Shown piece after piece: positions 10,901-25,900 of a DNA stretch of 64,000 nt. The stretch's first letter is position 1; each line of letters starts with the position of its first letter. The position numbers and the translations under genes were made by a program. The notes below the pieces were generated by a model that was not told where the DNA came from, ran no database searches, and was given only the letters and a program-made list of their open reading frames with translations. Origin of the DNA: Podarcis cretensis (Eukaryota); NCBI GenBank assembly GCA_951804945.1, contig OX638162.1, forward strand, positions 10,726,001-10,790,000. The letters run 5' to 3'.

Positions 10901-13900
10901 TGAGTTCTATATTGCCATCACTCAGTTGCCTTTTCAGACAACAACTGTGTTAATTGCTATTCACCTCTACATGCCCACATTTAGCCTTGGATCTTTGTTC
11001 CCAGTCCCAGTACAGACAGCAGCCTTCATCTGTTTCCTTGGTGTGAGGTATGATTATTACTAGGCATGCTCATCAGTCTAAGATTAGAGTGGAGTTGGTG
11101 TAATGGCTGATGGTGTCTCACAAGGCTATTCATGACTCCTTAAAACTGTAAAAAGCAACTATCTCCCTATGTAGTTCTCTGGAGAAAGAGGCACTGGCGG
11201 GGGGGTTTCCCTCCTATGTAAAAGTTTATTCTTTCCCATCCACTATTTATTCTTTCCCACCCTCTCAGCTTTCAGAGGGTACCTCCCTTCCCACACAAGC
11301 AAAGTAGCGCAACAGAAAAAGGCTGGCAGGCTCACAGAAGTGTGGCACATTAAAGAGAAGGCTTCAGAAACTACAATGCAGCATGTCTTTTTTTACCTGA
11401 TTGTTTTAGAGACATCCTGAGCACTCCGAAGAGGGTCAGTAGTATCTGGACTGCGGAGAACGCATGGAGCAAACACAATTGCCAGGGCATTAGCTGACAT
11501 CCGATTCGTCTCCTCCTCTAGGGCAATTCTAAACAGCACCAAAATATGACACCATCATTTTGTGTGAGAAGGCAGAAAGTTGGACATTACAAAGTTTGGA
11601 CACAGGTTAAAGAGATGGTATACAATGGTGCCAATGTCTATGGCCTGTTAGGCGCTGGCCACATTCAGCACTGCAAGTGTGTTAGAATAAGAATAATATT
11701 TTTCCACTAACATGAGGGCCACTGGGTAAAGACTCAAATTCTAATGTTTTGCTTGAGAACTGAAGGACAGTGACTAATTACCTAGAACAATCTGACTAGC
11801 TGCTGCTGCTGTGTGTGCTTGGATTGTAGTGCTCATTGGGAGATCATAATAAGTGTGATTTTAAGCAAGTCAACAACACACAGAACTTGATATTCAAGGC
11901 AGCTTTCTTGCCACACTGTATGGCTACAGTGTACAAGTCTCTGAGCATGCAGTCTGCCACCACAAGGATGCTTACAGGAAGATAGGGGACATATATGTTA
12001 CATGATGATATACATTGAGGGAAAGAGGAAAAAATCCTATTATCATTCATTACCTTACAAGGTGGAAGATCAGTCGCTCCAAGGTACTCAGATGAGTACC
12101 AGAAAGCTGGCTGATCACTGAATAGACCCCACGAATGGCCTCCTTTCTCTCATGCAAACCTGCAGAAAGCACATTTAATTCAATTCACTGGAACACACAC
12201 TAGAATTCAATAATACAAAGTCCTCTTCAAATTAAAATCTAAGATCCAATTGCTAGACATCCCATTCTCATACCCACTGGCTTCACTCTAGCCCTCAAAA
12301 TGTCAGGAAACGTGTCTCAGAAGCTGCCTAACGCTCAGGTTTTGGTGAGCCTCCTAGGAGAGGAAGTGCTCTTGTAATCCAAATGTGGCACAGGGATAGC
12401 ATAGCACAGGGACTTAAAAACCAGCACTTGACTTGTGTCTGCAGTGCAAAGAAAGAACCCAGCTAGCGTATAGTGACCCATACATAGACCACCTCCCTGC
12501 TTTGCTAGCCTATTTCCACTAGCCCAGGAGGGAGGACTGAGTCTAGCTACAAAAGCTGTTGCTTGTGAAAGGCCAATCTTATCTTTGTGCCTGCAAAACC
12601 TGCTGCTCAAAATGTCTAGAGACTATTGGGGTTAGCAGTGGTTTTAACCAGTGCACCGTGGCACCCTGGGGTGCCTTGAATGGTGGTCAGGTGTACTGCA
12701 GGCAGCACGGGCCTCTGTCCCTCCTTTCTTCCCTCGGACACCCTCTTGTGTCTCTGCCTCCCAATGGCTACAAGCTCCCTAGGCAAATGGTGCCTCTAGG
12801 GCTGGCCAGGGGGTGCTTAGAGTAAGCAAGCAAGAGGGTGAGGGCTCCTGAGGAGAGGGGAGAGGAATCTGAGGGAGGCCTCCACAAGGGAGGGTGTCTG
12901 AAAAGGGGTGAGGGGTTGATGGCTTCGCAGGTATAATTGTGCTCCTGAAACTCAGAGTGTTTCCCCATGGGGGTACCACAGAAATAATGTATTCTGTCAG
13001 AGGAGCCACAGACTCAAAAAGGTTGAAAACCTCTGTGGTAGAGTATTGTTTAGGAGTTTGGGTCGGGGTCAGTATTCAACTCTGAATATGCTTCATTATT
13101 GGTATGTTTTTGTACCTTTATTGTTAGTTATGGGGGGAATGCTTAATTTTACTGTATACTTACAGTGATGTTTTCATTTATTGGTTTTGACTGCTTTTTT
13201 GTAGTTATGTAACAACCACTCTGAGGATGGTTTAACTATGGAAAAGTGGCATACAGTGATAATGGTGACAGTGACTGCTGTTATTTCTGCTTATCTTCAG
13301 CTTGAAGCTCCAGAACAGCTAAAGGCAGCCCCATGTAAAATGTGTTGCTGTAGTTTAGTCCTAGTGGAATATACTACAACAACCTTGCAGACTTTTTGCA
13401 CGGAAATATCCTTCTGGACAATAAAGCAAGCTGTAAAAATGATCAATTGGGAGAGAACACAATACTGTACAATCCAATTATGGGAAATGAAACTTTTTAG
13501 TTCAGCATTTTAAAAACTCCTCTAAGTAGAACTGCATTCTTTTTTGTGCAGGTTGTTAGCAGTCATTATTTCCAAGTACACATTTTCTTACCCATGGCTC
13601 GCAGAAATTCTTCATAAAATTCAAATGTCATGAGAGGGTTAGGTAAATCCCGCAGCCACTGTTTGAACACACTGGCAATGACATGGATGTTGTAGTCATC
13701 AAGATTCACACTCTCAATATCTAGTTAAAAGAGAAGGGAGGCAAGCAGATTGGAAGAAAATTGTTAAGAAGGAAATTATATTTTGCCTCTTAGTGATCAA
13801 GCCAACAGCTCAATGCTAACGTAACAGTTGAGGCAGACAAAAAACCCCTTCCTAAGAACAGGTTACAAAATAATATGGACACAGCACAGAGGATACTTTC

Positions 13901-16900
13901 AAGGATTTGCTTTGTGGGGATGGGTCAGAAACTACTGAGCTCTTTGTCACCCTTATATACAATACAAAAAAGTCAACTTCAAATATCACAGCCAACTATG
14001 ATTTTAGAGTCCAAACCAATGTTTGAGCTTCCAAGCTTGCAAACATGCAGAAACGCATTGTCAAGACCTGCTTATCTGCTTTCATCTTCCTTATGTTGAG
14101 CACACCCAATTCTATAATCCACAAGCCCTTGCTGACGACACAATGGCCATAGCTATAGTTTATCCATTCAAAGAGTGAACAAAAGCTGGCACAAACTATG
14201 GTTTACTTCAAAGCACGTTCCCAGTTCTGGTCTGCTGGCTGATAGTCAAAAATTATTTGTCAATTCAGCTATTATGCCAAAGTCTAGTCAAGCTTCCTTA
14301 GCCATAATTAGGAGTGATGTACAAATTGAGCCTATAGCTCTAAAACAGTGTGGATCTGTGTTGCATGTCATCAGGAGGAAGAGGATTCCTCTTTTCTAGA
14401 AGGCTTCCTCACCTGTGTCCAGTCCCTGCCGCAACTCTTTAATCTTATTGGTTGATCCAGATTTCCTGTAAATGCCCTCTGTGTACAGTGCATGCATTTC
14501 TATATAGCTGGTGAGCTTCTCAAATACCAATGGCACTGTTCGCTCTTCACTGGTCAGACGGGAGAGTTCAACCCCAAATTGCCGCGAGGAAAGCTCAGGA
14601 TCGTACTAGAGGAACAGAGATGAGGTTATCAGTGTCTTTTAAGAGGCAACAAATCAATACTGTCCACAGTTCAGTGAACCTAGGATGCATTAGGATGGAT
14701 CCTGGTAACAGGTTCGAGCATGAGAGAAGCACATAGCATTAGAAACAGCAATTGCAAAATTTTCAAACCTATGAGAGAAGGTATTGAAAGACAGTCATGG
14801 AGTTTTAAAACCTTTATCTGATGAAATTCTTTTGTTGCTTTTACAGTTTGTATATAGATGGTTTTTATTGTTTTTAGAGTTTGTTGAATTGATATTATTT
14901 TTAGAAATTGTGTTTGTCAGTTTTATTATTATTTATGTATTTATTTGTTTGTCACTTCAATTCAAAGTGACTTACAACCAACCCTAGAAAGAGACATTAA
15001 AACTCGGAGGGAACACATTAAAGCAGAGGTTTTCAACCTTTCTGAGTCCACGGCTCCTTTGCCAAACTACATTATTTCTGTGGTACCCCCACACTCTCTC
15101 AGGAGAAAACAATTGCATTAAAGACATCCCACCCACTTCAAAGCCCACAGATAGTCAAAGGCCAAAGAGCTGGTTATAAAGGATAGCTTTTTGCCTGGCA
15201 CCTAGTTTTAGTCTGTTTTTATCTTGTGCACTGCTTCATTGGCTTTATACTGTGAAAAAGTCTATAAATCTGCATAGTATGAATAAGAAAAAGAGACAGA
15301 GGAAAGACCTTTTCCTAGATAGATGTTGTTCTTGTTATACTCCTGGGTTCACACCACTGTGTTAGCACCACCACCACAGTCCCAGTTAACAGCAAAGGGA
15401 AAACTCAGAGCTAAAAGTGGAGCCACAGTCAAAAAAATGGCTCTGTAAAGAAGTCCCCATCCAAGGCTGCTCCTGACTCTGCCCTTCTCTCTAGGCTTTA
15501 CTGCTTGGTTTGCTGAAGTGCAGGACTCCCATTTCACAAGCCTCAGCTTTGCAGGTGAATGCATAACAGTAGGAATTCTCAGTGCAGAGATAAATAAACC
15601 ATCAGTAGCCTGAGAAATTAACATGACTAGGCTGTGACACAGCCAAAAAGGCTACTGGAAGACCTGGACATGCTTTTTTTTATATTGTACCATTTAACGA
15701 CTCCACAGCCAACAGTTAAGACCACACTTCCACCTAGACAAGAGCTTCTGACTGAGGGGAAAAGTGCAGGGCTTTAAAGCAAGCATGGATCATAAGTGCA
15801 AAGAGTTCCCAACCCAAGGAATGAATGAGAAAGGGGACACAACACCAGGATCTTCCAGCATTTGGTTATCTTTTTTCTCATTCAACATGACAATTAACAC
15901 ATGAAAAAAGGGAGTGATTTTCACTGGATAAGGCTCTCCATGCAGGAATGCACCTGAAGAAAATGGGTCAAACAGTGGGTTGAGGTATTACAGACTCTTC
16001 TCCTTAGGATTACAGCATGGTCTAACTTTTGCTGTGACAGCCCTATAAGCACTTTTTATTATGGCATAAGAATGATCAGTCACTGCAAACTATCACTAAA
16101 AAACTACAAGGCTGCCACTGAAAGGGAGGGAAATAGGCAGCCCTCCTAAAATGAAGTGACCAGGAGATAAGAGAATGTCTGAGATCCACTAATATTTTCT
16201 AAATTCGGCATAACAATACATTCCTGAATTGAAGCACCATCCTGATATAAGAATACTGCTTTAGACTGAAATTGCCAGGAAGTATTAATCAAAAAGTTTC
16301 CAAATAACAAGGTAGGCCCCAAGGCCACAGAAGTCATGAGATTTGGCTGAATTCTTCAATAAACCTTTTATTTCACATTTCATGTTACATCTTCTGTAAC
16401 CATTGAAAAACTTGAAACATTCTTAAAATGGAAAACCCTGACTCAAAGAAGATAAAACCTCAGTGATACCACAACAGTATAACAAAATCATCTCAAGCCA
16501 ATTGTTCCAACATTACTATTATTCTTTCTAAGCTTGCTTTTCTGGATTCAAACATTTAATACACAAGATCCAAGCAGCAAACAGCCTCTAGTATGGGAAA
16601 AATCTCACATTATCTAGATTTCACTTGGATGGAATACCCTCATTTCTTGTTTGCTAAATTTTTGACAGCAGGCCCAGCAAATTTAGGCCCAGCAAAACAG
16701 CTAGATTAAGATGGCTGTACTATTTATTAGAAATAAAATCCTATTTATTTTTGAGTAATTGGTACCCTGTGTATGACCTATCTACAGTTTATCAGAAATT
16801 GTGCAAATCTGGTTTATTCACAACACAGCACATGCACAATCCGGGGGATGGGGCGTTGGGGTTGGGTTGGGCAGACCAGAGACAACGTAAACCGAAACTG

Positions 16901-19900
16901 CTTCAAAGAAATACATCCAAATGTATTTCCAGGCTTCACAGTGAAAAGAAAAAGACTACTAGTTACATACAGAAAGAGTTAGCCACCCTGGTTCACAAAA
17001 ACATATACCCTGAGAATATCTCAAAGGATATCTCAAATATCACAGTTTTGCCCATGCTACGTCCTAATACATTACCCAAAGTCACATCAGCCACTGACTG
17101 AATGAACTAAACACAGAAAAATGAAAAGGAACAGTTTAGAGGTAGGCCAGCAACTAAATTAATTATCCTTATTTTCATATTCAATACTCAGTTATTTGGA
17201 AAGTAGGAGTATAAAATTAGTGGGTGTTGTGGAACCAAATGGTCAATACTAAGCCACTTAAGTTATAGTAAGGGCCTTAGAAAATCAATATTGTTATGGC
17301 AGTTGCAACACAGGTCCTACATTATCCATATACTGTGAGGAAGATATGAACAGCTTTCTCCATGTGGTAAGCGGGGCTGACAAAGAACCTATGCTGCAGA
17401 GTTGAAGATGAGAGCCTAGTAGAAGACTCACTTTGCCATAGCAATCTGGATTTTCCATACCTAAAACTGAGGTCCTTCACTATCCAATAATGCAAGTTAT
17501 AGAAGGGAATGTTGGAAAACCACTGCAAGCTGAAGATGAAAGAAACCTTACCTTTTTGGGGCACTTGGTTGTGGTCCTCAGACAGCACTTTCTGTGGCAA
17601 GCATGCTTGCATACTGAAATCAGGAACACAACAATTAATACACTCGAATGTTGCTGTATCGTGGCTGACGCTGACGGGAACGCATTTAAAAAGGGGAAAT
17701 TGGTTGAGCACCCCATCACACCTGCTGATTCCCTCCAGCATTAGCACCAAGAGGCAAATGCAGGATTTAAAACCTGGAGGGCCTTCAGAACATGCAACCT
17801 TCTGGTGTTCACTGTTGGCAACCAACTGTAGAGCTGACCTGTGTCCATCCTGAACTACTTTGTGTCATGGAAGGGGTAAGCAGAGGACAGTGGCAGGGTG
17901 AATTTTAGGAATTGGGTGCATAATTCTAATATCGGGAAATAGGCTGGTATAAATATGGCTTGTTTGTACACTACAACTTGCTGCTGCTTTTTCTGACTTA
18001 TTTCAAAGAGGGGAAATAGTGAAAACTTTCACATGCAAACAGTCACTATTATATTCCATATGCTTTTTGGATCCAAGACAAATGTCTATGGGGGGGGGGG
18101 ACATTTTAAAAAAAGGAAGGAAAGAGTGCAGATGGGAAGAGTGCATAGTAGATCAGTAAGAGTAAACGTTTCATGCTTACATTTACAAACAGAGGCCTTG
18201 TCCATGATCCATATCAGGGAGGAACAGAATTCACAGTAAGTGGGAATGCTGTACTGAGTGGCCTTAAAAATGTGACCATTATGTTCTTCTACCTACAAGA
18301 AAAATTCAGTTTGACATTCAGTGACAGCTGAAAACAGTTTTGAGTGTTTACCCTTCTGCTAAAAAGCTAAACTAAGCTATACCAAAGCATTTCAGACAGC
18401 TGCTATTTCACTGTTTGGGTGGAATGCTAAAAGCGCATTCTTGGCCCTGCTGGCTCCCTGATATCCCAGAATGCATGTGATGTGCCAAATAATTTAACAT
18501 ATAAAAATGTCCTACTTGATCAGACTCATAATCCATCCAACCCTGTGGCTGTCCCAAAAAGTTACAACCATTAGAAAGTTTTCAGCAGAGTACTGGCAGA
18601 GAATCCTAGTCCCTGATGCTCATAATTAAGACTTATGAGATTCTGATATTCTCCCACTGTCATATCTTAGTTCACGAGGGACTGTGCAACTGGGGAGCCC
18701 CAATTTTCTTGTCATTAGTAATGATGCTGAGCAAGATCTGGGTTGTTCAACAGCAGGACAGTAGTCTAATGATTCAAATTATAAAGTGAACTAATTGCAG
18801 TCTGTAGTTCATTCTAAAAATAGCTGTTAGGGCAAGCAGATCTATAAATTCAACCACAGCCAAGTTAATGTGAAGAGTGTCACTCGGATAAGCACCAAAA
18901 GCAGAGTGAAGTAAACTGAACTATGAATCCTATTGTCCATAAAGGCAAGCCCCAATGTTCTACATATTTCAGTTAAGATTACCAATGTGTGTCCACACAC
19001 AGTTAGTACATTATCCCACAGAAGCCTTGGCCAACCTGGTACCCTCCAGATGTTATCGACTACAACTCCTACCACTTGGCACTGGAGGGCACCAAGTTGA
19101 TGAAACCTGTCTTATAGCCACTGTAAAATTAACCAAAAAGCATGCTTTGTGAAGATCTGTTCCTGATCTATAACTCTGGGTTGTTTCAATAGGCGGAACA
19201 ACTGTTACAAAGCTGATTGCTTAATTTCTGAAATATATAAAAGTACTTTATTCCTTTATGACTACAAGAATGTAACTTTTTTGTTCAGGACCCATGGCCC
19301 GTTAAGTGATTCCTAGCTTCAGCTTTGGCTCATACAATATTATCAGCCATTCTCTGACTGTTATATCCAAGCAGAATGACGTGCTTGCATTCCGACACTA
19401 AAAGCCAATAGGATTCAAGAGGCACACAAGCAACATCTAATGAACTTGTGGACCAGTAGTTGTAGTGTTTGAGTTCATTATGGGGGAATAGACCAGGGGT
19501 GAGGAACCTGGTGCCCTTCACATATAACCCCCATCAGCCCCAGTCAGCAATGCCAATGGTCAAGGGTGATGTAAGTTGTAGTCTAGCAACATCAGCAGAG
19601 TCACAGGTTCCCTACTCCTGGAACAGACCTTCCTAAATACTTGGTGCACAATAGTGCATTTAAACTAAACAATAAAAGAAGGAAGTTTTCAACTTACAAC
19701 ATCTGCTTCCTTCTTCCTTCTCTTTTTTCTTTCTGTTTTGGTTACCTGAAACAGAAGGAGCTAAATCAGAAATTAACAGGTTCAGAAACTGTTCTCCCAG
19801 TCACCCCTCCAGTTCATTCTGCCTCCTCATGTAACTTTCAATCCTTCACAAGCACTTTTCAAGGGCCCAATTAATGTCAGAAGGACATTTGGTATCTCAC

Positions 19901-22900
19901 ATAATGCTTCTCCCCTGCCCAGTACATCCCTCTTCCATTTCACTTCCAACCTTCAGCACTCTAGCATTCCTAAGACACTGCTCAATTAGCTCTGGGGTAG
20001 TTGGAGGGGTCTAGAATCCTGCTGCCATGGTGATACCAGTGCCTTTAAAAAGATACTCAACAAAGGGACTAATAAAGAACAATCCAGCCCTAACTACATT
20101 AGTACTAACAACTGCCCTCTGCATGTTTTTCCATGCTTCCAGCTCTGTCCAAGAGACTTGGTTCTATTCTAGAACAGCAGCCATTTAAAAGATGTGAGCA
20201 CATAGGTAAACAATTATGAGATTGTATTCAACTAAGCAGGGCCGGCCCAATACATTTTGGCACCTGAGGAAGACCCCCAAATGATGTCCCCCTCCCTGCC
20301 AGGGAAGAAGGGGTGAGGGAAGATCTACATTGGGTTCTGTTGCCCTGGTAAATCCTGACACCTGAGGCAGTCACTTCACCTTGCCTCATGGGTGGGCCAG
20401 CCCTGAATAAATATCTGCAATAGGATCTGCTGCCCCTGTGGATCCTGTTACCTGAGACGGTTGCCTCACCTTGCCTCATGGGTGGGCTGGCCCCGCAACT
20501 AAGTCCTATTCAAAGTAGACCCACTGTAATTAATGGACCTAAGTTGGTTGTGTTCATTAATTTCAATGGGCCTATTCTGTGTAGGACTAGTGAAGGATAC
20601 AGTCAATAGCTTCCAAAAATTATCTTCCTCCATGTGCTTTTCTAGAGATGAGCAGTCCCCAGGCACAAAGGTTTTACCATGTAAAAGAGATGTCCATCTC
20701 CAGTAAAGCATTATGCTCTGCAACAGTGGAGTGTGGTTTGTGTGGGTAAAGCTGCAGTCTTCTGGGGGGGGTAGTGTCACTGCTCACTTGGGTGGGGTCA
20801 GGCGAGGTAGCACTGAGGTTGAGGGAGCTCTGGATTGGCAGTTGCTGCTACCCAGGTATGCACACAACGCCTTGTCTCCTCCCAGAACTGCCACTTCACC
20901 TTCTCATCTCACACTGATGCTTCATGATCTTAATTTTGTGTTGATGACTGCAAGCTAACCTTTTCAAACTGCATTTGTTATTTAACAAACTAATTAGTGC
21001 CAGGACCTCAGCAACAAATGCCCTTTCTACAAAACAAAGCTTTAAGAGGCAGTAAGGTCACAAGAGGGAGGCTCTTAAGGTACAGATAAAGAATGTGATC
21101 CTTATTCCAGTGCAATGTAAGAGTAATAATTTGGTAGGATGTGCCAGATCAGTTTACCTTTAAGGCAGTACAATTTGAAGGCATATACTCCGTCATGTAT
21201 TCGTCCAAGAACACCTTGAATGTATTTACCCACACGCGGACAGGCGATTCACGCCAGTCCCTCTGTTCAAGCCTCATAGTTTTTTCCAAAATTTGTTCAA
21301 AGAGGGCATGTAGGTCTTTGTATCGGATGCAGTTTCCATCACCCATCTATAAGTAACAAAGAAGTGAAAGTGGATTTAGTTCGATCTGCAACATTTCAAA
21401 TTTATTTATTTTTATATTGCAATACAAAGCAAGTATCAGTTTAAATCAAAGCTCAACAACAGTAGAGCAACAGTGCAAATGCAAATTATAAGGAATAAAC
21501 TTAATTAGCTGTGTTTGTTCCTAATATTGTTATCACATAGATGAACAGAACATTGCAGCCACTTTGCTCCTCCCTCTAGTCCTGCTGCTGCCACACTGCT
21601 GTGAACTAAGCCATGATTTGGCTAAGTGTTATGTCCAAAACTGGATTCATGGGTTTTCTTGCTCTAGACCAGGGGTTGTCAACCTGGTCCCTACCGCCCA
21701 CTAGTGGGCGTTTCAGGATTCTAGATAGGCAGTAGGCAAGTAGGGGTTCTATGGCACAAGCTGAATGCTTCTTCCATTGAGCACTGGTGGGCAGTAAGGA
21801 AACCTTGCCATCAAGAAAGATGCATTAGTGGGCAGTAGGTATAAAAAGGTTGACTACCCCTGCTCTAGACAAACCATGAGCTGTAGTCAACCTAGAGAAG
21901 ATGTCAGATGTTAATTCACTTCCCCCTTTTAAGAGAGCTAATGTGTCACCCTGGTATGCAATAATAATGAGATATTTCAAGGATTCTGCAAAGTTTTGAA
22001 ATTTGATAGCAACCAAGAGCCTACAAGCTAAAGTTCTTCACTTCATAACATAGGAACCCTGCAACTTACTGCCAAAGCTGATGAGTAGAAACTGAGGATA
22101 TTTTGTCGGAATTCTTTCAAGGCTTTTTTAAAGACAACATCCACTAGAGTATCCTTTTGGCAGTCCTCACTATCAAGATCATTCATCTGTGAAACAACAG
22201 AGTAAAGTTAAACCATATCATTAAATTTTGCTAATGAGCAAAAGAACCTGAGAGGCAGAGGGAATGATAAGGTTAATTCCATCATGCTCTGGTGTGAGCT
22301 ACCGTATTTACATGAATTGAATGTGCCATTGAATCTAATGTGCACCTGAATTTTCAAAACCTTTAAACAAAAAAATTATTTGCTGGTGAATGTAAACGCG
22401 CCATCAAATCTAATGCGCACCCTAATTTTGGTGACGTAATTTGGCCAAAAAGATGCGCATTACATTTGAGTAAATATGGTAATTACAACTTGGGACACAG
22501 CTGAAACGGAGCTAAACTTGTTCTCACTAGGGGCAAGGAGTAGACTTAGCCCCATGCCAAACGGGGACTCTGAGAGCATTTCTTAACTTTCTTGCATATA
22601 AAGTGAATGCCTGCACACCTCTGTAGATTCAGAAATGCACTTGGAGATGCTATTATGGGGTGAGGAGATGTACCTGCCCGCCAGCCCCACAACACTGGTG
22701 GACCCTGCCCCACTGACAAGAGGTCCTGCCACAATGCACAAGAAGTGTGTTTCTGTACCATGAGGAAACAGAGGCACAGTGCACCTGCATCCTCACTGCA
22801 ATATCAGAGTTCAAAAGGGAACAAAATGGTGTCGCGCCGGGTTTAAATCGTCCCGGCCACGCCCCCGAGCCTCCTGATTGGGTGCTCGGTGCTGTGACGT

Positions 22901-25900
22901 GGCCGGGACACCTCGCTGTGACACGGGACTTTGTCCCGCCCATGCTGAGGTGGGAGGAATTGTGCCCAGGAGGCCAGAGGGCAACAGCCCCCGCTGTGAG
23001 GCGGAAGCGACCTGTCATAGAATAGTGAGATACCCACAATTAAAAGACCATCTTATAAGCAATTCTACTTATTTCTAACTTAAGAGCTCTGCTTAATCCA
23101 GCTATCAGATCAATCTAGTCTAGCTTCTTGTTCCCCCCAAAGTCCAGACAGATGCTTTCATGAAAAGCACTAAAAAGGGCTACAGGCAATAAGTGCATTC
23201 CACCCAGCTTTTGCGGCCTAATTGGAATTCAGTTGCCTTCATAATATAGCTATAATGGCTAATGGCCATGCCAAAACTACCCTTTGTAATTTTCCTCTAT
23301 AAAAGATATGAGATGCAGGACTCTTGGTCTGTCCATTTTTAAAGTTCAGTTACCTTTTTCAAGAGGAACTCATCCATGCTTTTCAAGTCACTGACGCTGG
23401 TTATGATCTGAAGGGCGTCATTCTGCCACTGTGCAGGCTCCATTGTCACATTGCTGATTTTCAGGCTGCGCTTTCGCCTCACCTTGGGAGACGGCTCTTT
23501 GTTCTCCTTACATTCCCTTCGATAGATGCCAGACAACTCAGGACTCCTTGGGGGAGTCAGTTCTAAAAAGTGCAAAGCAATGCATGTCACATCAAGCAGC
23601 AGGGTGTTCCAGCTCAGACATCTATTGCAAGCATCAATGCTCCAGTTCAAAGGTTCTTTATGCCCCTGGAACCTTGACGTGTGTGCAAGGAGCTGCTGCA
23701 TGCCAAAAGGATTCTCAACCCACTGCATTGTCAGGATTATTCTAGGAAATCTAAGGCAAATTATGGGCAAATACTGAATACAGCTGCCAAGAGGTAACTT
23801 TGTACAGTGTGCTTGCAACCACTGGGAAAGTTCCTCCTCACTACTAGGCAAAACAAGAGAGACAACTAGCTTACAGGGTGGTATATTATGATTTGGCAAA
23901 GGGTTGTCTGCAGCCACTCTGTATCGAGCACCTATGTCAGAATCCCTCCCCCTGGAAACAGTATGGAACAGGGGTCAGCAACCTTTTTCAGCTGTGGGCC
24001 AGTCCACCGTCCCTCAGACCATGTGGTGGGCCAGACTATATTTTGGAGGGGGAAAATGAACGAATTCCTATGCCCCACAAATAACCCAGAGATTCCTATG
24101 CCCCACAAATAACCCAGAGATTGTCACCCTGTATCAAGCACTTGTGTCAGAATTTCCCTCCCTGTAAACAGCATAGATCAAAACTGGTATGAAATCCCTC
24201 ACTGCTTTGTGTCTCATATGTAACCTCTTACTACCTGAAATCTGCATAAAAATGCAATAGTTCCATTTCTCTTACCTTCTTCATGCTGTAGACCTGAAAT
24301 AATCTCTCTTCCTGGTGCATCTTGATCAGAATGCAACTCCAACAGCTCTGACTGGGTAGCAAGCTTCTCCCTGTGTGTTTTCTTCTCAACTTGTCTCCCT
24401 TTCCCCCAAAATCTCATCTTGGCTCTTTGAGGCCTGCTAAAAGGCAAATGAAAAGAGAAATTGCTTCAAGTCAGGCTGCCAGTTTTATCCCGTATGTTCT
24501 TGTTGCAATGTAAATATCCCCTCCTAAACATTTTCTAATTGTCACTTGGAAAATAGGAGGAAAGTAATGCGAGTATGAATATTCAACCCAATTAATTCAA
24601 TTCCACATTGTATCACAATCAGCTTCATACAAAGGCTTCATCAGTTCAGCTTTTAAATATGGGATTTGTTTGACAGCACCCCCATGTTAAACAAACAAAC
24701 AAACAAACAAACAAACAAAGAACCCTATCAGAAATACATTTTTAAAATGTGGTTAACTGCATTATTCTCATCTCAATTACATGCTTCTGAACTGGCCCTA
24801 AGTTAAGTCACTAGCTCTCAGGAAGATTTGTCAAGCAACCAAGTCAACTAATGCTACAGTGCTTAAATAGCACATTATAGAATGCTTCCTGCTACTAGAA
24901 TTTAGTCATATGTATCCTCCAACAAGGTCAGGTTGTTTTAATTGCCAGTCTGGAATTAAAAACAACCTTTGTAGTACAGCTAAGGTGCTCAAAGTGTGAT
25001 GCAGGTCTCTCTACAGAGAAACAGAGGATCGCTTCCTGCCCCACCCATCATATTTTGTGCATCTTTTGGTGGGACCAAAAGATGGTCTTGCCTTTCCCAT
25101 CAAATTCCAGCCAATCACTATCAAGCATTATAACCATAGTTGGCAATGCACCTTCTTCCCATTCTTCCAAAGGTGCTGGAGGCTATAAGAATAAATTTGG
25201 CAGTCAATTAACTTTTGCTTTAGCTGAGAGCAGCTTCAGACATTGAAAGAGTGTTAATGACTTGTAATCTTTCCCTTCTTTCTATACTGTGTGAAATGTC
25301 TGAAATAGTCACTCATACTGTTTCTCCTCAGAGGTTTCTTATGAGTTTTAAGAAACTTTGCAAGGCAGTGTTAGTTTACACTGTTCATTTTTCTATGTTG
25401 CTGTATCATTGCTGCACTTAATCTCCTGTATCACCAGAGACTCTAAAGTCTCTGCCATGCCATGAACATACTTTCCTTTGATCATAACTGTTTCTTTAAC
25501 CCTTAGAAACAAACAGACCAGCTCCCTGTGAAAAGCCTCCTTTACAAAATAACTCCTCATATACAGAAAACACATTAGTTGTGAAAACAAGGCGGTACAA
25601 AAATTATTGAAGACAATGCTTCTGGTCATTCAGATTCACCTTAAATTACAGCAGATTGATTTTAATGAACAATTTATCCTGGGTTAACTGTTTGAACTAA
25701 ATCCTGTAACGCCCTACATGCCACAGGATCTCATTTCAGTGACAGCTCTATTCCATGCAGATGCATTTCTCATCATCTCATGAGAGCTAACTCCGCAAAT
25801 GGAATCATACAGTCAAATATGTTATCTGCACCAATTCCTCCCTCCAAAATGTATAATCTTTTATGCAAACGAGAAAGCAAAATATATAGATGAACAGAAT

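Noticed and set aside
22653-23039. 128-aa and overlapping ORFs
   Set aside because: By-product of the GC-rich insert; no recognisable protein features
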